Shown here one piece after another: positions 42,395 through 53,352 of a stretch of DNA of 64,000 nt (its first letter is position 1; the number at the start of each line of letters is the position of its first letter). The notes beneath the pieces were generated by a model. That model worked only from the letters and a program-made list of their open reading frames with translations. It was not told the DNA's origin and searched no databases. The stretch is from an uncultured Planctomycetaceae bacterium (GTDB lineage: Bacteria > Planctomycetota > Planctomycetia > Planctomycetales > Planctomycetaceae): positions 480,001 to 544,000 of the forward strand of contig CAWFGE010000012.1 in NCBI GenBank assembly GCA_963815195.1. Direction: 5' to 3'. The position numbers were made by a program, and so were the translations under genes.

Positions 42395-42500
42395 CCCCGC
42401 GGACCCCCCCCCCCTCAAAAATATTGCCAAGAAAAAACGAAAACGTGGGCGGTGGTTTCGGAGATCCGGGCCGTCAGAATTTCGGCCCCCCTCCCCGTCG
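42395..42500 (-). other. Putative cos-like packaging site
   Basis: The minus strand reads GGGGAGGGGGGCCGAAATTCTG...ACCACCGCCCACGTTTTCGTTTTTT...TTTTTGAGGGGGGGGG, similar in layout to cos regions of HK97-like phages. Confidence 0.4.
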
Positions 42501-42506
42501 GCTCGT

Positions 42507-42963
42507 CCGCCTGGTCATCGAGGCCTGCCGATCGCGAGCACCGCGGCCGCCTGGTCATCGAGGTCCTGCCGATCGCGAGCACCGCGGCCGCCTGGTCATC
42601 GAGGTCCTGCGATCGCGAGCACCGCGGCCGCCTGGTCATCGAGGTCCTGCGATCGCGAGCACCGCGGCCGCCTGGTCATCGAGGTCCTGCGATCGCGAGC
42701 ACCGCGGCCGCCTGGTCATCGAGGTCCTGCGATCGCGAGCACCGCGGCCGCCTAGTCATCGAGGTCCTGCGATCGCGAGCACCGCGCGGCCGCCTGGTCA
42801 TCGAGGTCCTGCGATCGCGAGCACCGCGGCCGCCTGGTCATCGAGGTCCTGCGATCGCGAGCACCGCGGCCGCCTGGTCATCGAGGTCCTGCGATCGCGA
42901 GCACCGCGGCCGCCTGGTCATCGAGGTCCTGCGATCGCGAGCACCGCGCGGCCGCCTGGTCAT
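42507..42963. repeat. Tandem array of 11 full units plus 1 partial unit of ~40 bp
   Basis: Unit CCGCCTGGTCATCGAGGTCCTGCGATCGCGAGCACCGCGG (40-42 bp), with no spacers. Confidence 0.97.
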
Positions 42964-43066
42964 GCCAATCCGGGGGAGTGATTTCGCGCAAATAGCGTAG
43001 GATGGTTCCGCCAGCGTTGGGAAGGTTGCGGCTCGCCGTCAGGATGAACGGCGAGCCGCTATTCCT

Positions 43067-43399
43067 TCAAGGAACCAGGCAACCGCAGCCGGCCTCGCGA
43101 GCAACCCACACCTTCGCCCGCCGGCCTGCCGTGGTCCGGCGGGTTCGGCCGGAATCTTCGAGCAACCCATCCCGCACCAACTCCCGCCGGCATTGGACCA
43201 ACCGCCGCGGTCCTGCATCACCGAGGGCCGTTTGAATCTCGGCATCAGTCGCCCCCTCTCGGCTCTCCAGGATGAACCGATACACCATCGCCCGCGTGGT
43301 TTGGCTGGGGCAGAAGTTCGCGGATTGGCTGGGGCAGAAGTCCGCCGGTTGGCTGGGGCCGTCGGGCATTCGGTGCGGAAATAAGTTTGGCCGAGTCAT
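43067..43399 (-). CDS. Small winged-helix protein
   Basis: VYRFILESREGATDAEI...RRELVRDGLLEDSGRTR..GRRAKVW. N-terminal 24-bp repeats. ATGA-coupled to rep. Confidence 0.65.
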   Translation of the reverse strand: MTRPNLFPHRMPDGPSQPADFCPSQSANFCPSQTTRAMVYRFILESREGATDAEIQTALGDAGPRRLVQCRRELVRDGLLEDSGRTRRTTAGRRAKVWVAREAGCGCLVP

Positions 43400-44878
43400 T
43401 GGGGTTTGCCTTCAGCTTCGCGGGGGCCGGACGCAGCGATTCGGGCAACGCCCGGTTTCTTGTGGCCCGATCCCTTTCGGTGGTGAAGGAATTGGCGGAA
43501 GTGCGATAGCAAAACCGAAAGCGTGTCGGCGTCCACGCTCGCGAGCGCGATGAACCCGCCCAAATTTTTCACGAATGCCATCAACCATTCGCCCACGTGC
43601 TCGCGTGCGGCGACGGCTCTTTCCCGGTCATACCGATCCCAAATCCGGGCGGCTTCCATGATCCGATGCCAGGCGTGTTGCCATTCGGGGAGTTCGCCTT
43701 CCGCCGCTTCCATCGCGAGTTTACGCAGCTTCCCCGGAGAGGGGAACCAGAGTTCGTCCGCTTCGCGGAGATAGCGTTTCACCGCCGTCTCGATGTCGGC
43801 CGGCGGGAGGTCAACCAGAAGCTCGGCAAAGATCCGCAGGGCCGCTGCGTCTTTCGGATCGCGGCACAATGCTTGAAGCGGCTTGAGGGCTTCAAGGATC
43901 GCTTTCAGCGGGACTCGGCTTCGTCTTCGGCTTCGGCCGAAGGCGCGTTGCAAGGCGTTTTCGGCACGTTGGGCTTTTCGTTCGATGCGATCATCGGGAT
44001 TTCCTTTGCTGGTGTCGAGGACCAAACCTTGCCAGTCCTTCTTGATGGCTTTGTGGATGGCTTCGACGGCGGCGGCGGGGCCGGCCCGTTCAAGGTCGGG
44101 CATCTGCAACCGGGCGGCGGGTTCGCTGATGGGTTTGCGTTTCGTGTGCCGGCGAAACTCGCACCACTCCCGCCAGGCCTCGCGAAACTCCGGCGTGTCG
44201 AGTCCGACAGGTATCGGAAACTCTTCCGCCCGAAAGCGGCGGGGCGGCTCGCCAACCCCTCCCCCCTCCGGGGGGTTTGGGGGGTGGGCGCTTTTCTTGG
44301 CGCTTTTTGGGCGCTTATAAGAAGTGCCAAGATTTGTGAGTTGGCAATTCGGATCTGTGAGTTGGGAATTCGGATTTGTGAGTTGGGAATTTCCAACTCC
44401 CTGCTCGAAATTCGGATCTGTGAGTTGGGAATTTCCAACTCCCTGCTCGAAATTCGATGCTTCGGGCTGGGCTTCTGACGCCAGGGGAAGCGGCTTTCGT
44501 CGGCGGCCCCTTCGTTTGGTTTTCGGTCGAACGCGGGCTTCGGGAATCCAATCCTGAAGGTTGGAAAAGACGATTTGGAATTCGTACTTCTGGGCCTCAA
44601 TATCGACGGCTTCGACGATCAACAATCGTCGCTCGCACAAGTCCTTCACCCGGCGTTCGACCGTCGCCTCGGAACACTCCATTTCGTCCGCAAGTTGCGG
44701 GATTGTCATCGTCCAGGTTTTGCTCTCGCCGATGTGGTCATCGAGGGTTCGCAAGAGCAGCTTCGCATAAGCATCTCCCAGACGGCAGTTGCGAAGAATC
44801 TTGAGTCGCTCCCCGCGCTTTCGTAGGAAACTCCAATTCCTTTTGCCTGAGTTGCTCGCGCAACGAATCATCGCTCAT
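43396..44878 (-). CDS. Phage-type replication initiator with possible helicase-loader (G39P-like) region; may be two genes
   Basis: N-terminal HTH TIPQLADEMECSEATVERRVKDL, AWREWCEFR..KP, KDWQGL, and downstream AVKRYL...WFPSPGKLR. Likely start MSDDSLREQ is frameshifted. Confidence 0.65.
44331..44456. repeat. Iteron-like repeats inside rep (putative ori)
   Basis: GAT(T/C)TGTGAGTTGG(G/C)AATT at 44331, 44352, 44373 and 44415 (spacing 21, 21, 42). Confidence 0.75.
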
Positions 44879-45070
44879 TCGGTTTCCCTTCCGTTGTGGA
44901 TCGGCGGGCATTGAGAAAACGCGCGAGAGGGAGCAACGCCCATTGCCGATCGGCCGGAGGGACCGTAGGATGACGGTGCCCCCGCTGTGGCAGGTGGGGT
45001 GCAGCTCCGGGGCTGTCGGCGACTCGAACGCCGGCGGCCCTTTTTTCCCGCTCGTCAAACTCGGCCCCGC

Positions 45071-45353
45071 TTACGAACCGATGCCGAGTTTGTCGAGTTT
45101 CTCTTCCGCCGCTTTCGCCCGCCGCTCCGCCTGCCGTGACGGTTTGGCTTTCGCGTCCGGCGCGTTCTGTTGTTCAATCCAATCCTCCAGGTCGGTTCGC
45201 GAAAATGTACCGCCGGCCGCCAAGCCGAAAGCTCGGCAGCTTTCGTCCGCGAACCCCACGCAGACACCATCTAAAAACCGTGGAGAGATCCACGCCGAGC
45301 AACTCGGCTGCTTCCTTCAATGTCAGCTTGTCCGCTTCTAAGTCGATCGTCAT
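45071..45353 (-). CDS. DUF1580-like HTH protein (putative excisionase; frameshift near 45205)
   Basis: MTIDLEADKLTLKEAAELLGVDLSTVFRWCLRGVRGRKLPSFRLGGRRYI/SRTDLEDWI...AEEKLDKLGI. Not called as one ORF in the track. Confidence 0.75.
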
Positions 45354-45541
45354 TCAAAAACCTTCTTTCAGTTGGTTGGTTCTCGCTGCCATCAACTGCA
45401 AGAGGTTTTAAGCGGGGTCAAAATTGTTGGGATTTTTGGCACTGACCCGCCGTCAGGCGCAAGAAAAAACCCTCGAAACACGAGGGTTTTTTCTTTCAAA
45501 AAAACGCAAAATAAACTTGACCGTGCCAAAATTCACGAATT

Positions 45542-46945
45542 TTAGCACCGCTTTTTCATTGTTCGGAGAACCTTCTTCACGGCATCCAAACTCACCGTCT
45601 CAAACTGCCCAACAAAGTCAGAGTCAGAGTTCAGTAGATTCTTCAACTCCGTTGGCTTGTCGGTCAGCTTCTTTTCCCTTGCCCGTTTTTTGATTGCCAA
45701 GTTTCGTTCTGTTTTCTTAGGCCGACCGCGGCGACGTTCGGCAGTACCCTCTTTTGGCGGATCCCGCTTCGGCTCTTCAATTCCGTGCTTCGCTCGATGC
45801 GCCTTTTCCAAATCTTCAACCGACGCTTCGGGCACTTGGAAGTAACCTTGCGCGGTCCGTGTGCGATTCCGTTTCATTCGCATTTTAGCCCCGCCCAACC
45901 AAACGCAGCCCCGATTGACCCAACGGGAAATGGTCCCTTTTGAAACACTGTACCTCGTTGCGGCCGCTTCAAACCGTAACCACTTCCCATCGCCTTCGCC
46001 CGTCTTGGGTTTTCTTGCCTGCTCGATTGCTTCCAAATCGTCTTTGTGAATATGCCACATGTCGGCTCGAATCTGCCGGCCATCCGCCTTCGCTGCGGTT
46101 CGTTTTGATGCGCGGAACGGACCAAAGCCGGGCCAGTTCGCTTTTCCGCATCGCTGTTGAAAAACGCCCCGCGAGATACAAAGGCGCTTGATCGCGGGGC
46201 CGATGGGAATCCAGACCGCATCATCGGCGGGGGGAACCATTCTCGCTTTGATGTCTTCCAACTGTGGGATGAAAAACACGGTCGTTTCGCGGGCATATAG
46301 CCCGTTGTGTCGCAACTCGATCCGCGATCGGAGTGGCTTTCCGTCGGGACTGCGTCCCTCGCGATGCCATCTGCGGATTGTCTGGGCATGGAAGCCAACT
46401 CGTTTTTCGGCTTCCGATGCCGTGCCCCAATCGCCTTCGATCGACTCCGCCGGGGCGTCACGATGTTTCGCGACCGCCAATTCCAAATCGCTCGCGAGAT
46501 AGACCCAAAGCCGATGGAAACCGCCGGCCGGAAGACGAACCCAAACCTGTTTTGCCTTGATGGCGCGTCCGAGGACTGGGCAGCGTTTTCGCCAGGCGGC
46601 GAGACGTTGCGCGTCGCCATACTGACGCTTCATTTCAGCCGCGCTGAGCCATTCCCCCATCGCATCCACAAGCACGCCGTTTTCGAGAAGAGGCAAGGCG
46701 GCGAGTTTTTCGAGGTCGGCCCTGGAATACTTGAAGAGTTTGCCCTTGGGCCCGTAGGCTCTCGTTTTAATCGGCCGGCCAAGCGGACCGCATCTTTGCT
46801 TCCATCGCGGGAGGTCACTGCGCGAGAACCCGAATTCGCGTTGCGCTTCGATCGACTGGAGCCAGGCTTGTTTCTTCATGGGCTTGTACCTGATGCAAGT
46901 CGGGCCGGCCGGGGGCGGCGTGGTCATCAGGTACGAAACCCACAA
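45542..46945 (-). CDS. Basic protein with five tandem MerR/Xis-like wHTH repeats and an AT-hook-like motif
   Basis: Repeats start at WLQSIEAQREFGF, WLSAAEMKRQYG, WGTASEAEKRVGF, WIPIGPAIKRLCI and WLRFEAAATRYSV, each followed by a xDLE/QLE motif. RRGRPKK near the C-terminus. Confidence 0.7.
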   Translation of the reverse strand: MWVSYLMTTPPPAGPTCIRYKPMKKQAWLQSIEAQREFGFSRSDLPRWKQRCGPLGRPIKTRAYGPKGKLFKYSRADLEKLAALPLLENGVLVDAMGEWLSAAEMKRQYGDAQRLAAWRKRCPVLGRAIKAKQVWVRLPAGGFHRLWVYLASDLELAVAKHRDAPAESIEGDWGTASEAEKRVGFHAQTIRRWHREGRSPDGKPLRSRIELRHNGLYARETTVFFIPQLEDIKARMVPPADDAVWIPIGPAIKRLCISRGVFQQRCGKANWPGFGPFRASKRTAAKADGRQIRADMWHIHKDDLEAIEQARKPKTGEGDGKWLRFEAAATRYSVSKGTISRWVNRGCVWLGGAKMRMKRNRTRTAQGYFQVPEASVEDLEKAHRAKHGIEEPKRDPPKEGTAERRRGRPKKTERNLAIKKRAREKKLTDKPTELKNLLNSDSDFVGQFETVSLDAVKKVLRTMKKRC

Positions 46946-47054
46946 CCGCCCCCGGTCATTTCAGCCCCACGGTTTCGCGAAAACCGGGGAGCAACCCGAA
47001 GACTCAAAATTATCGGGGAGACCGCCCCCCCGGTTCAATGCTCAAACCGTCCTT

Positions 47055-48362
47055 TCAACCGTGTTGGGCCATGTACTGAATCGCCTTCTGCCGATCGGCT
47101 TCGGCGTAAACCTGGGTGACGTCCGCCTTGGAGTGTCCGCAAATCACTTGGGCCGTTTCCAGCCCCGCCGATCTGCGGGCCTTCGTCGCGGCGTTGTGCC
47201 GGAGCTGGTTGGGATGCCAGCAATTCTCCGCTCGCCACTCCGATGCCAACTCTTGCCGGCGTTCGCGTTCGGCTTCCCACTCCGCGGCCGAAAACCGGCC
47301 CCGCTCCGCCTTGGGCATTTGCTTGGGAATCCGCCGGAGTTCCTTGGGCATCCCGAATGCCTGTTCGCAACCCATGACGATCGCACGCCGGTAGGAGAGC
47401 ACCGTTGTACCGTTCGCCGGCTTTTTGCTTGGGGGCTTTCTTGCGGCGGTTTTGTTGGCTGGGCTGAACCGGAGTTTTCCGGCTTTCGCGTTGGGCGGCG
47501 CGGCGTTCGTTCTCGGCTTCCTGGGGCGAGAACACATAGGCCGTCAGATCGGTTTTGAGGAACGGGGCGAGAATCTCTGGGCCTGCGGTCCGAGATAGAT
47601 TTCCCGCTGCCGATCGTGATGTTCGGTCTTGTGGGATTCTGGGATGTAAACCCAAACCGCTCCGCCCATCGATGATGATCCGCGGTCCGCATCAGAACCA
47701 CTTCCCCCGGCCGCATCGCGGTCAGGCGCTGCAGTTCGATCATCGCCCAAACTTGACGGGAGACAAACGGCCGAACCGCTTCAACCAGGTGATCGGCCAC
47801 GGGGCTGACGGGCTCGGTTTCGGCCGCTTCGCTTCTGCCCTTCCGCAATCCGGCCACGGTCTCCAGGGCTTGGAAAACGTCGCACGGGAACCAACTCGTT
47901 TTCCGCTCCCCATTTGAACATCCGGCGGATGCGGCCGACGTGGGTGTTGATGCTCTCGCGCTCCCAGCCCGCATCAATCATTTGCTGCCGGCAGGCCTTG
48001 AGGGAGAGCGGCCCGAAGTCCGCCGGCTTGCGTGTGACCGTACAGCCGGCGAACCGGGCCGAGTGCCACCTTGATGCAGGAGACTTCGCTGGTCGGCTTC
48101 GCCGTTCTTTTGGTAGTGGCGTTCGCAATGTTCCCAGTAGGCAACGAGCAACTCGTTGACGGTGAAGCCGGATTCTTCGTCGCGGCGGGGCAGGCGGCGG
48201 CCCGATGGCCAGCCATTCGGCGACGAGGCGGTCGTATTCCGCGATGGAGGTTTGAGAACCGTGGGGGCCGAGATAGAAGTCAGTCCCGGAGAGGGTGACG
48301 ACGGCTTGACCGCTGGGCTTGTGTTTGCGGTACGTGGGCACGCGGCGGGCGGGTTTTGGCAT
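47055..48362 (-). CDS. Tyrosine recombinase/integrase (several frameshifts)
   Basis: PTYRKHKPSGQAVV, LQRLTAMRPGEV, HKTEHH, WHPNQLRHNAAT, CGHSKADVTQVYAE. Adjacent to the tRNA att site. Confidence 0.92.
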
Positions 48363-48481
48363 TGGCGCAGCTCCTCAAAAACCGAATCCGGTACAGTACC
48401 GGATTTTTCTTTGGTTTTCGGGCCACGCTGCCGACCGCCGGCAGGTACGCAAATCATTCGTCTGGCCATGTTTATGTTTAG

Positions 48482-48554
<73 letters not shown>

Positions 48555-48713
48555 TAAAGTGCTTGTGTCAAATGGTTTGAGGACTTTTGGTTTATTGATG
48601 CTTTTCAGACTCGACACGTGCGGGCTTTGCTATTCTGACTGAAAGATGACCCCAACCGATTGAGGCGGTTGGGGCCGATTCATCACCCAAGCCTTGAAAC
48701 CCGAGGTGACGAC

Positions 48714-49100
48714 ATGGGGAATCCTAGCAAAACTGCCGGCACTCAACCAGAGAAGCCGACCCCGGACTTTCCGCTTTTTCCGCACCGCTGCGGGCCGTGG
48801 ACGAAGAAAATTAAGGGGCGGATGTATTACTTCGGTTCATGGGGAACCGATCCCGTTGGCGTAGCGGCGATCAAAGACTACGCCCGCGAACTAACCAGTT
48901 CATGGGTGCGAAGGCGACGGCCGTGGAGGATGGCGACCTGTCGCCCCGCACCTTGGCGGACTATCACCAAACCGTGAAGCTGTTGGCGAGGCACTTCGGA
49001 AAGCAGCGGACCGTGAACGGGCTAACTCCCGCGGACTTCCGCGAGTTTAGAGGGCTATCCCCATAACGAATGGCGTCAACGAAAAGCTGTCGCAGTTCGG
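48714..49100 (+). pseudogene. Truncated second integrase (N-terminal remnant)
   Basis: KPTPDFPLFPHRCGPWTKKIKGRMYYFGSW and GDLSPRTLADYHQTVKLLARHFGK..LTPADFREFR, with no catalytic domain. Confidence 0.65.
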
Positions 49101-49306
49101 TCCCCCGAATCACCTTGCCCAACACATCGAACACCGCATCTTTGAGCGCTTCCAGCCGAGACAATGTTCACGTTTTTGCTGGCCGCTCCCCCGCCGCCCG
49201 TGCCGCTACCGCGTCCGACCTCCAAGGGGAGGTGAAAAAGCGCGGACAAGAAATCCTTTAATACCGCCGTCGTCCCCTCCCCCTGATTATCCCAAAGAAC
49301 CAAAAA

Positions 49307-50044
49307 TCACAACTCGGCGGCGAAGCGGTAGCCGACGCCTTGTTCGGTGAGGAGATAGCGGGGGCGGGTGGGGTCGTCCTCCAGCTTTCGCCGGAGGCTG
49401 GCGACGAAGACGCGGAGGTAGTGGGTTTCATCCGAGTGCAGCGGTCCCCAGACTTCGCGGAGCAGAAAGCGGTGGGTCAGAACTTTGCCGGAGTGTTGGA
49501 TTAGGGTTACGAGCAGCTTGTATTCCAAGGGCGTCAGATGCACTTCGGCATCCTTGCGGAAGACCAGCCGGGCCGCCAGATCGACGCGCAAGTCGCCGAT
49601 GGAAATGATGGAGGACGCGGGGCCGACGGGGTGGGCATGTCGCAGGGCTGTTCGCATCCGGGCCAAGAGTTCGCCCATGCTGAACGGCTTGGTCACATAG
49701 TCATCCGCCCCGTGGTCGAGGGCCTCGATCTTCTGCTGTTCCTGATCTCTCACGGAAAGAATGATAATCGGAGCGGTCAGCCATTCCCGCAGCCGGCGCA
49801 ACACCTCCTGGCCGTCGAGGTCCGGCAGTCCCAGATCGAGAATGACCAGATCGGGCGGCTGGCGCGTGGCGATTCGCAGTCCTTCTTCGCCCGCAGCTGC
49901 TTCGATGACCCGGTAGCCTTCGTTGTTCAGAGAAACCCGCAGGAACCGGCGGATCGGCTGCTCATCCTCGATGACCAGGATTAAATGGTCGCCTTGGGGA
50001 GTTTGATTGTTACTATTGGTATTGGTGACGGCTTTGTTTTGCAT
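49307..50044 (-). CDS. kdpE: Response regulator KdpE
   Basis: ILDLGLPDLDG, GADDYVTKPF, HYLRVFVASLRRKLEDDPTRPRYLLTEQGVGYRF. Confidence 0.95.
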   Translation of the reverse strand: MQNKAVTNTNSNNQTPQGDHLILVIEDEQPIRRFLRVSLNNEGYRVIEAAAGEEGLRIATRQPPDLVILDLGLPDLDGQEVLRRLREWLTAPIIILSVRDQEQQKIEALDHGADDYVTKPFSMGELLARMRTALRHAHPVGPASSIISIGDLRVDLAARLVFRKDAEVHLTPLEYKLLVTLIQHSGKVLTHRFLLREVWGPLHSDETHYLRVFVASLRRKLEDDPTRPRYLLTEQGVGYRFAAEL

Positions 50045-50050
50045 GTTTCA

Positions 50051-52746
50051 TCATTCCACGACGACGTGGGGCGCGTTCTTTGCCAAGGGCAGCCGGACCT
50101 GAAACTCGGCTCCGCCGCCGAAACGGTTGGAAGCGGTGATGTTTCCCCCGTGCGACTGGGCGATGGCCCGGCAGATCGCCAGTCCCAAGCCGCTGCCCCG
50201 GCCCGCATCCGCCGTGGGCGAAGCGCGGTAGAACTTCTCGAAGATCTGTTCCTCCAAACCGGGCGGGAATCCGGGGCCGTTGTCGGCCACGGTCAATCGC
50301 AGCGCTTTCCCCTCCACGGCAGCGGAAATGGTAACTTGGGTCTGCGGAGGCGTGTAGCGGGCCGCGTTCTCCAACAGGTTGACCAGCAGCTGCTCCAACA
50401 GCAGGCCGTCCACGAAGACGAGGGGCAGATCATCCGGCAAATGCACATCCACCGAATACTCTCGCAGGTCCCCGCTGACGCGCCGCAGAGCCGATCCCAC
50501 GATCTCTTCCAGCACGTGCCACTCTTTGTTGGGAGCCTGCGCCCGGCATCGAGTTTTGACATCTGGAGAATGTTTTCCAGCAACCGATTGAGCCGGGCCG
50601 ATTCCTCCGCCACGGTTTCGAGCAGTTGACGGCGGGTTTTCTCATCCAGGGTCGGAACCTCCAGCAGGCTGCTGCTGGCCCCGGAAATCGCCGCCAGCGG
50701 GGTTTTCAGGTCGTGGGACACCGTGCTGAGGAGGTTGCTTCGCATTTGCTCCGTTTCGGCCTGGATGCGGGCCTCGGAGGCTTCGATGGCCAATTGATCG
50801 CGTTCCAACGCCAGGCCAAGCTGGTTGGCACAGGCTTCCAAGAGTCGGCGTTGATCCGGTTCCAAGAGCCGTTCGATGTCGTCCACGCGGACGGCGATCG
50901 CTCCGAGTTTCTTTTGCGAGCCGGTCAGCGGCAGGAAGATCGCAATTGCATTCGGCAGCGTGTTGGTGCCCGCCCCGGCGATTTCCTCGTGTTCGCTGAC
51001 CCATTGCGCAACCGGGAGGCTGATCGGATGCCGGGCAATTGCCGTGTCGTCGCCGAAGACCAGTTCAATCGAACCGGAGGGGCGCTTGAGGAAAGCAGCC
51101 ACTTCGCCGCCGATCATTTCGGCAATCTTCTTTCCCGCCGCCGACACCAGAAAGATGTCGCCGTAAATGGAACTCAACTGCTTGCCCAATTCGTAGAGGG
51201 CGGAAGTTCGGCGTTCGCGTAAGCGGGTGTTTTCGACCTGGGCTTTCAACTGCGACGTGAGCGTGCTGATCAACAAGCCAATGGCGAGCATCACGCCGAA
51301 GGTCACCGCATACTGGGCGTCCGCGACGGCCAAGGTGTAGAAGGGATGAACGAAGAAAACATCAAAAATCATCACCGCCAGGACGCTGGCCAGCGTCGCC
51401 GGACCTCGGCCCAGCCGGTAGGCGACATAGGCGACCGCCGCCAGGAACAGCATCACCGTGTTGGCCTCGGCATCCGCCAAGTCCAAGCGGCGCGAAACAG
51501 CGGCCAGGATGCCCGTGATGACGACGATCACGGTTGAAACGAAGTAGGACAACCAGTTGACGGCAGCGTGTCTGACGATGTGGGATACGGGCCGTCGTTC
51601 TTCCTCTTCGCCGTGGATCACATACACGTCGATGTCGCCGCTGTTTTCGAGCACATCATCCACGAACGTCCCGAACAGCAAACGCTTCCAGCGCGGGCGG
51701 GCCGTCTTGCCGATGAGGATTTTGGTGACGTTGCGGGAGCGGGCATAATCGAGAATCGTTCCCGCCAAGTCCTGCCCGGCGAGGGTGACCGTCTCGGCAC
51801 CGAGGCGTTCCGCCAGTCGGAAGTGCTGGGCGATTTGCTGTTTGGCCAAGCTGCTACCGACGTCGCCCGTCAGATCGATCGAGACGGCCAGCCAGGGAGC
51901 ATCCAGGGCCGTCGCCATCCGCTTGGCCGTGCGGATCACCCGCGCGGTCGTGGGACTCGGCCCAACGCAGACGAGCAATCGCTCGCCCGTGGCCCAAGGC
52001 TGACAGGCGGCTTTTTCCCGCCGGGCGAGTTCAACGTCGCTGTGAACCCGGCGGGCGGCTTGCCGGAAGGAAAGTTCCCTGAGAGCCGTGAGGTTCGGCT
52101 TTTGGAAGAACCGCTGGATGGCCCGCTGCGCCTGTTCCGGGATATAGACTTTCCCCGCTTGCAGCCGAACCAAGAGTTCTTCGGGAGTGATGTCCACCAG
52201 TTCGAGATCGTTCGCCCCCTCGAAGGTGCGATCGGGAACCGTCTCCCGCACAACAACTCCCGTGATCTGCCCGATCACGTCGTTCAGGCTGTCGATGTGC
52301 TGCACGTTGAGCGTCGTCCACACATTGATCCCGGCCTCCAAAAGTTCCTGCACGTCCTGCCAACGCTTGGCATGCCGACAGCCCTCGGCGTTCGTGTGGG
52401 CCAGTTCATCGACCAGGATCAAATCGGGATGCCGGGCCAAGGCCGCGTCCACATCGAATTCCCGCAGCGTCACGCCCCGGTACGGAATTGCTTGGACGGG
52501 TAGAATTTCCAAACCTTCAAGCAGGGCTTCCGTTTCCGGTCGGCCATGCGGTTCGACGTAGCCGACGACGACTTCCCGGTGGTCCTTCCGCGCTTGCCGG
52601 GCGTTTTCCAACATCGAGTAGGTCTTGCCGACGCCCGCCGCGTAACCGAAAAAGATTTTGAGCGAACCCCGCTTCGCCTGGGCCTCCTCGGCTTGCACTT
52701 GGGCTAAGAGTTCATCCGGGTTGGGACGATCCGGTTCCGTCGTCAT
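50051..52746 (-). CDS. kdpD: Sensor histidine kinase KdpD (frameshift near 50535)
   Basis: RPNPDELL, GYAAGVGKTY, Usp domain, TM bundle, GAF and SHDLKTPL. The HATPase (NLLENAARYT, GSGLGL) is in a second frame. Confidence 0.95.
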
Positions 52747-52755
52747 CGGTTTCTC

Positions 52756-53316
52756 TTACTTTGGGAGTTCGTCCAGGGCGAGATTCAGTTCCAACACGTT
52801 CACCAAGGGCTTTCCTCCGAGTGCCTCCAGCGTGGGAGAATCCATATGCTGCCGAACAATTTCCCGCACCTGCTCTTCCTGCATCTTACGAACCTTTGCC
52901 ACCCGCGGCACTTGAAATTCCGCCGCGTCCCGGGTGATGTGCGGATCCAATCCTGCGCCGGACGCCAGCAGGAGGTCGGCGGGAACCCGCTGGTCAGCCG
53001 CCGGCTGCAACGTGCCGAGGATTTCCTTTGCCCGCTCGGTGATTGCCGGGTTGGCGGGGGATAAATTGCTTCCGCCGGCGGCGCTGGCATTGTAGTCCAC
53101 CGCGGAAGGCCGAGGCCAGAAGTATTCGGGACGCGTAAACTTCTGCGCGATCAACTGCGAACCGATGAGGGTGCCGTCTTTCGCCTGAATCAAGCTGCCC
53201 TGCCGAGCCTCGGGAGCGACCACGGCGGCGAATGCAAGAATGACGGCCGGATAGGCCGCCGAGCAGACAATCACACTCAGGATGAACAACCGGAGTGAAG
53301 TGATGAAGTCCGACAT
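52756..53316 (-). CDS. kdpC: K+-transporting ATPase subunit C
   Basis: GSQLIAQKF, YFWPRPSA, GGSNL, SGAGLDPHI, VNVLELNLALD. Confidence 0.95.
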   Translation of the reverse strand: MSDFITSLRLFILSVIVCSAAYPAVILAFAAVVAPEARQGSLIQAKDGTLIGSQLIAQKFTRPEYFWPRPSAVDYNASAAGGSNLSPANPAITERAKEILGTLQPAADQRVPADLLLASGAGLDPHITRDAAEFQVPRVAKVRKMQEEQVREIVRQHMDSPTLEALGGKPLVNVLELNLALDELPK

Positions 53317-53352
53317 GGGGATTCCTTTTTTGTTGGAGGCTCTGAAGCAGGC

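Noticed and set aside
42507..42963. CRISPR array
   Set aside because: Units are head-to-tail with no unique spacers, and there are no cas genes in the window.
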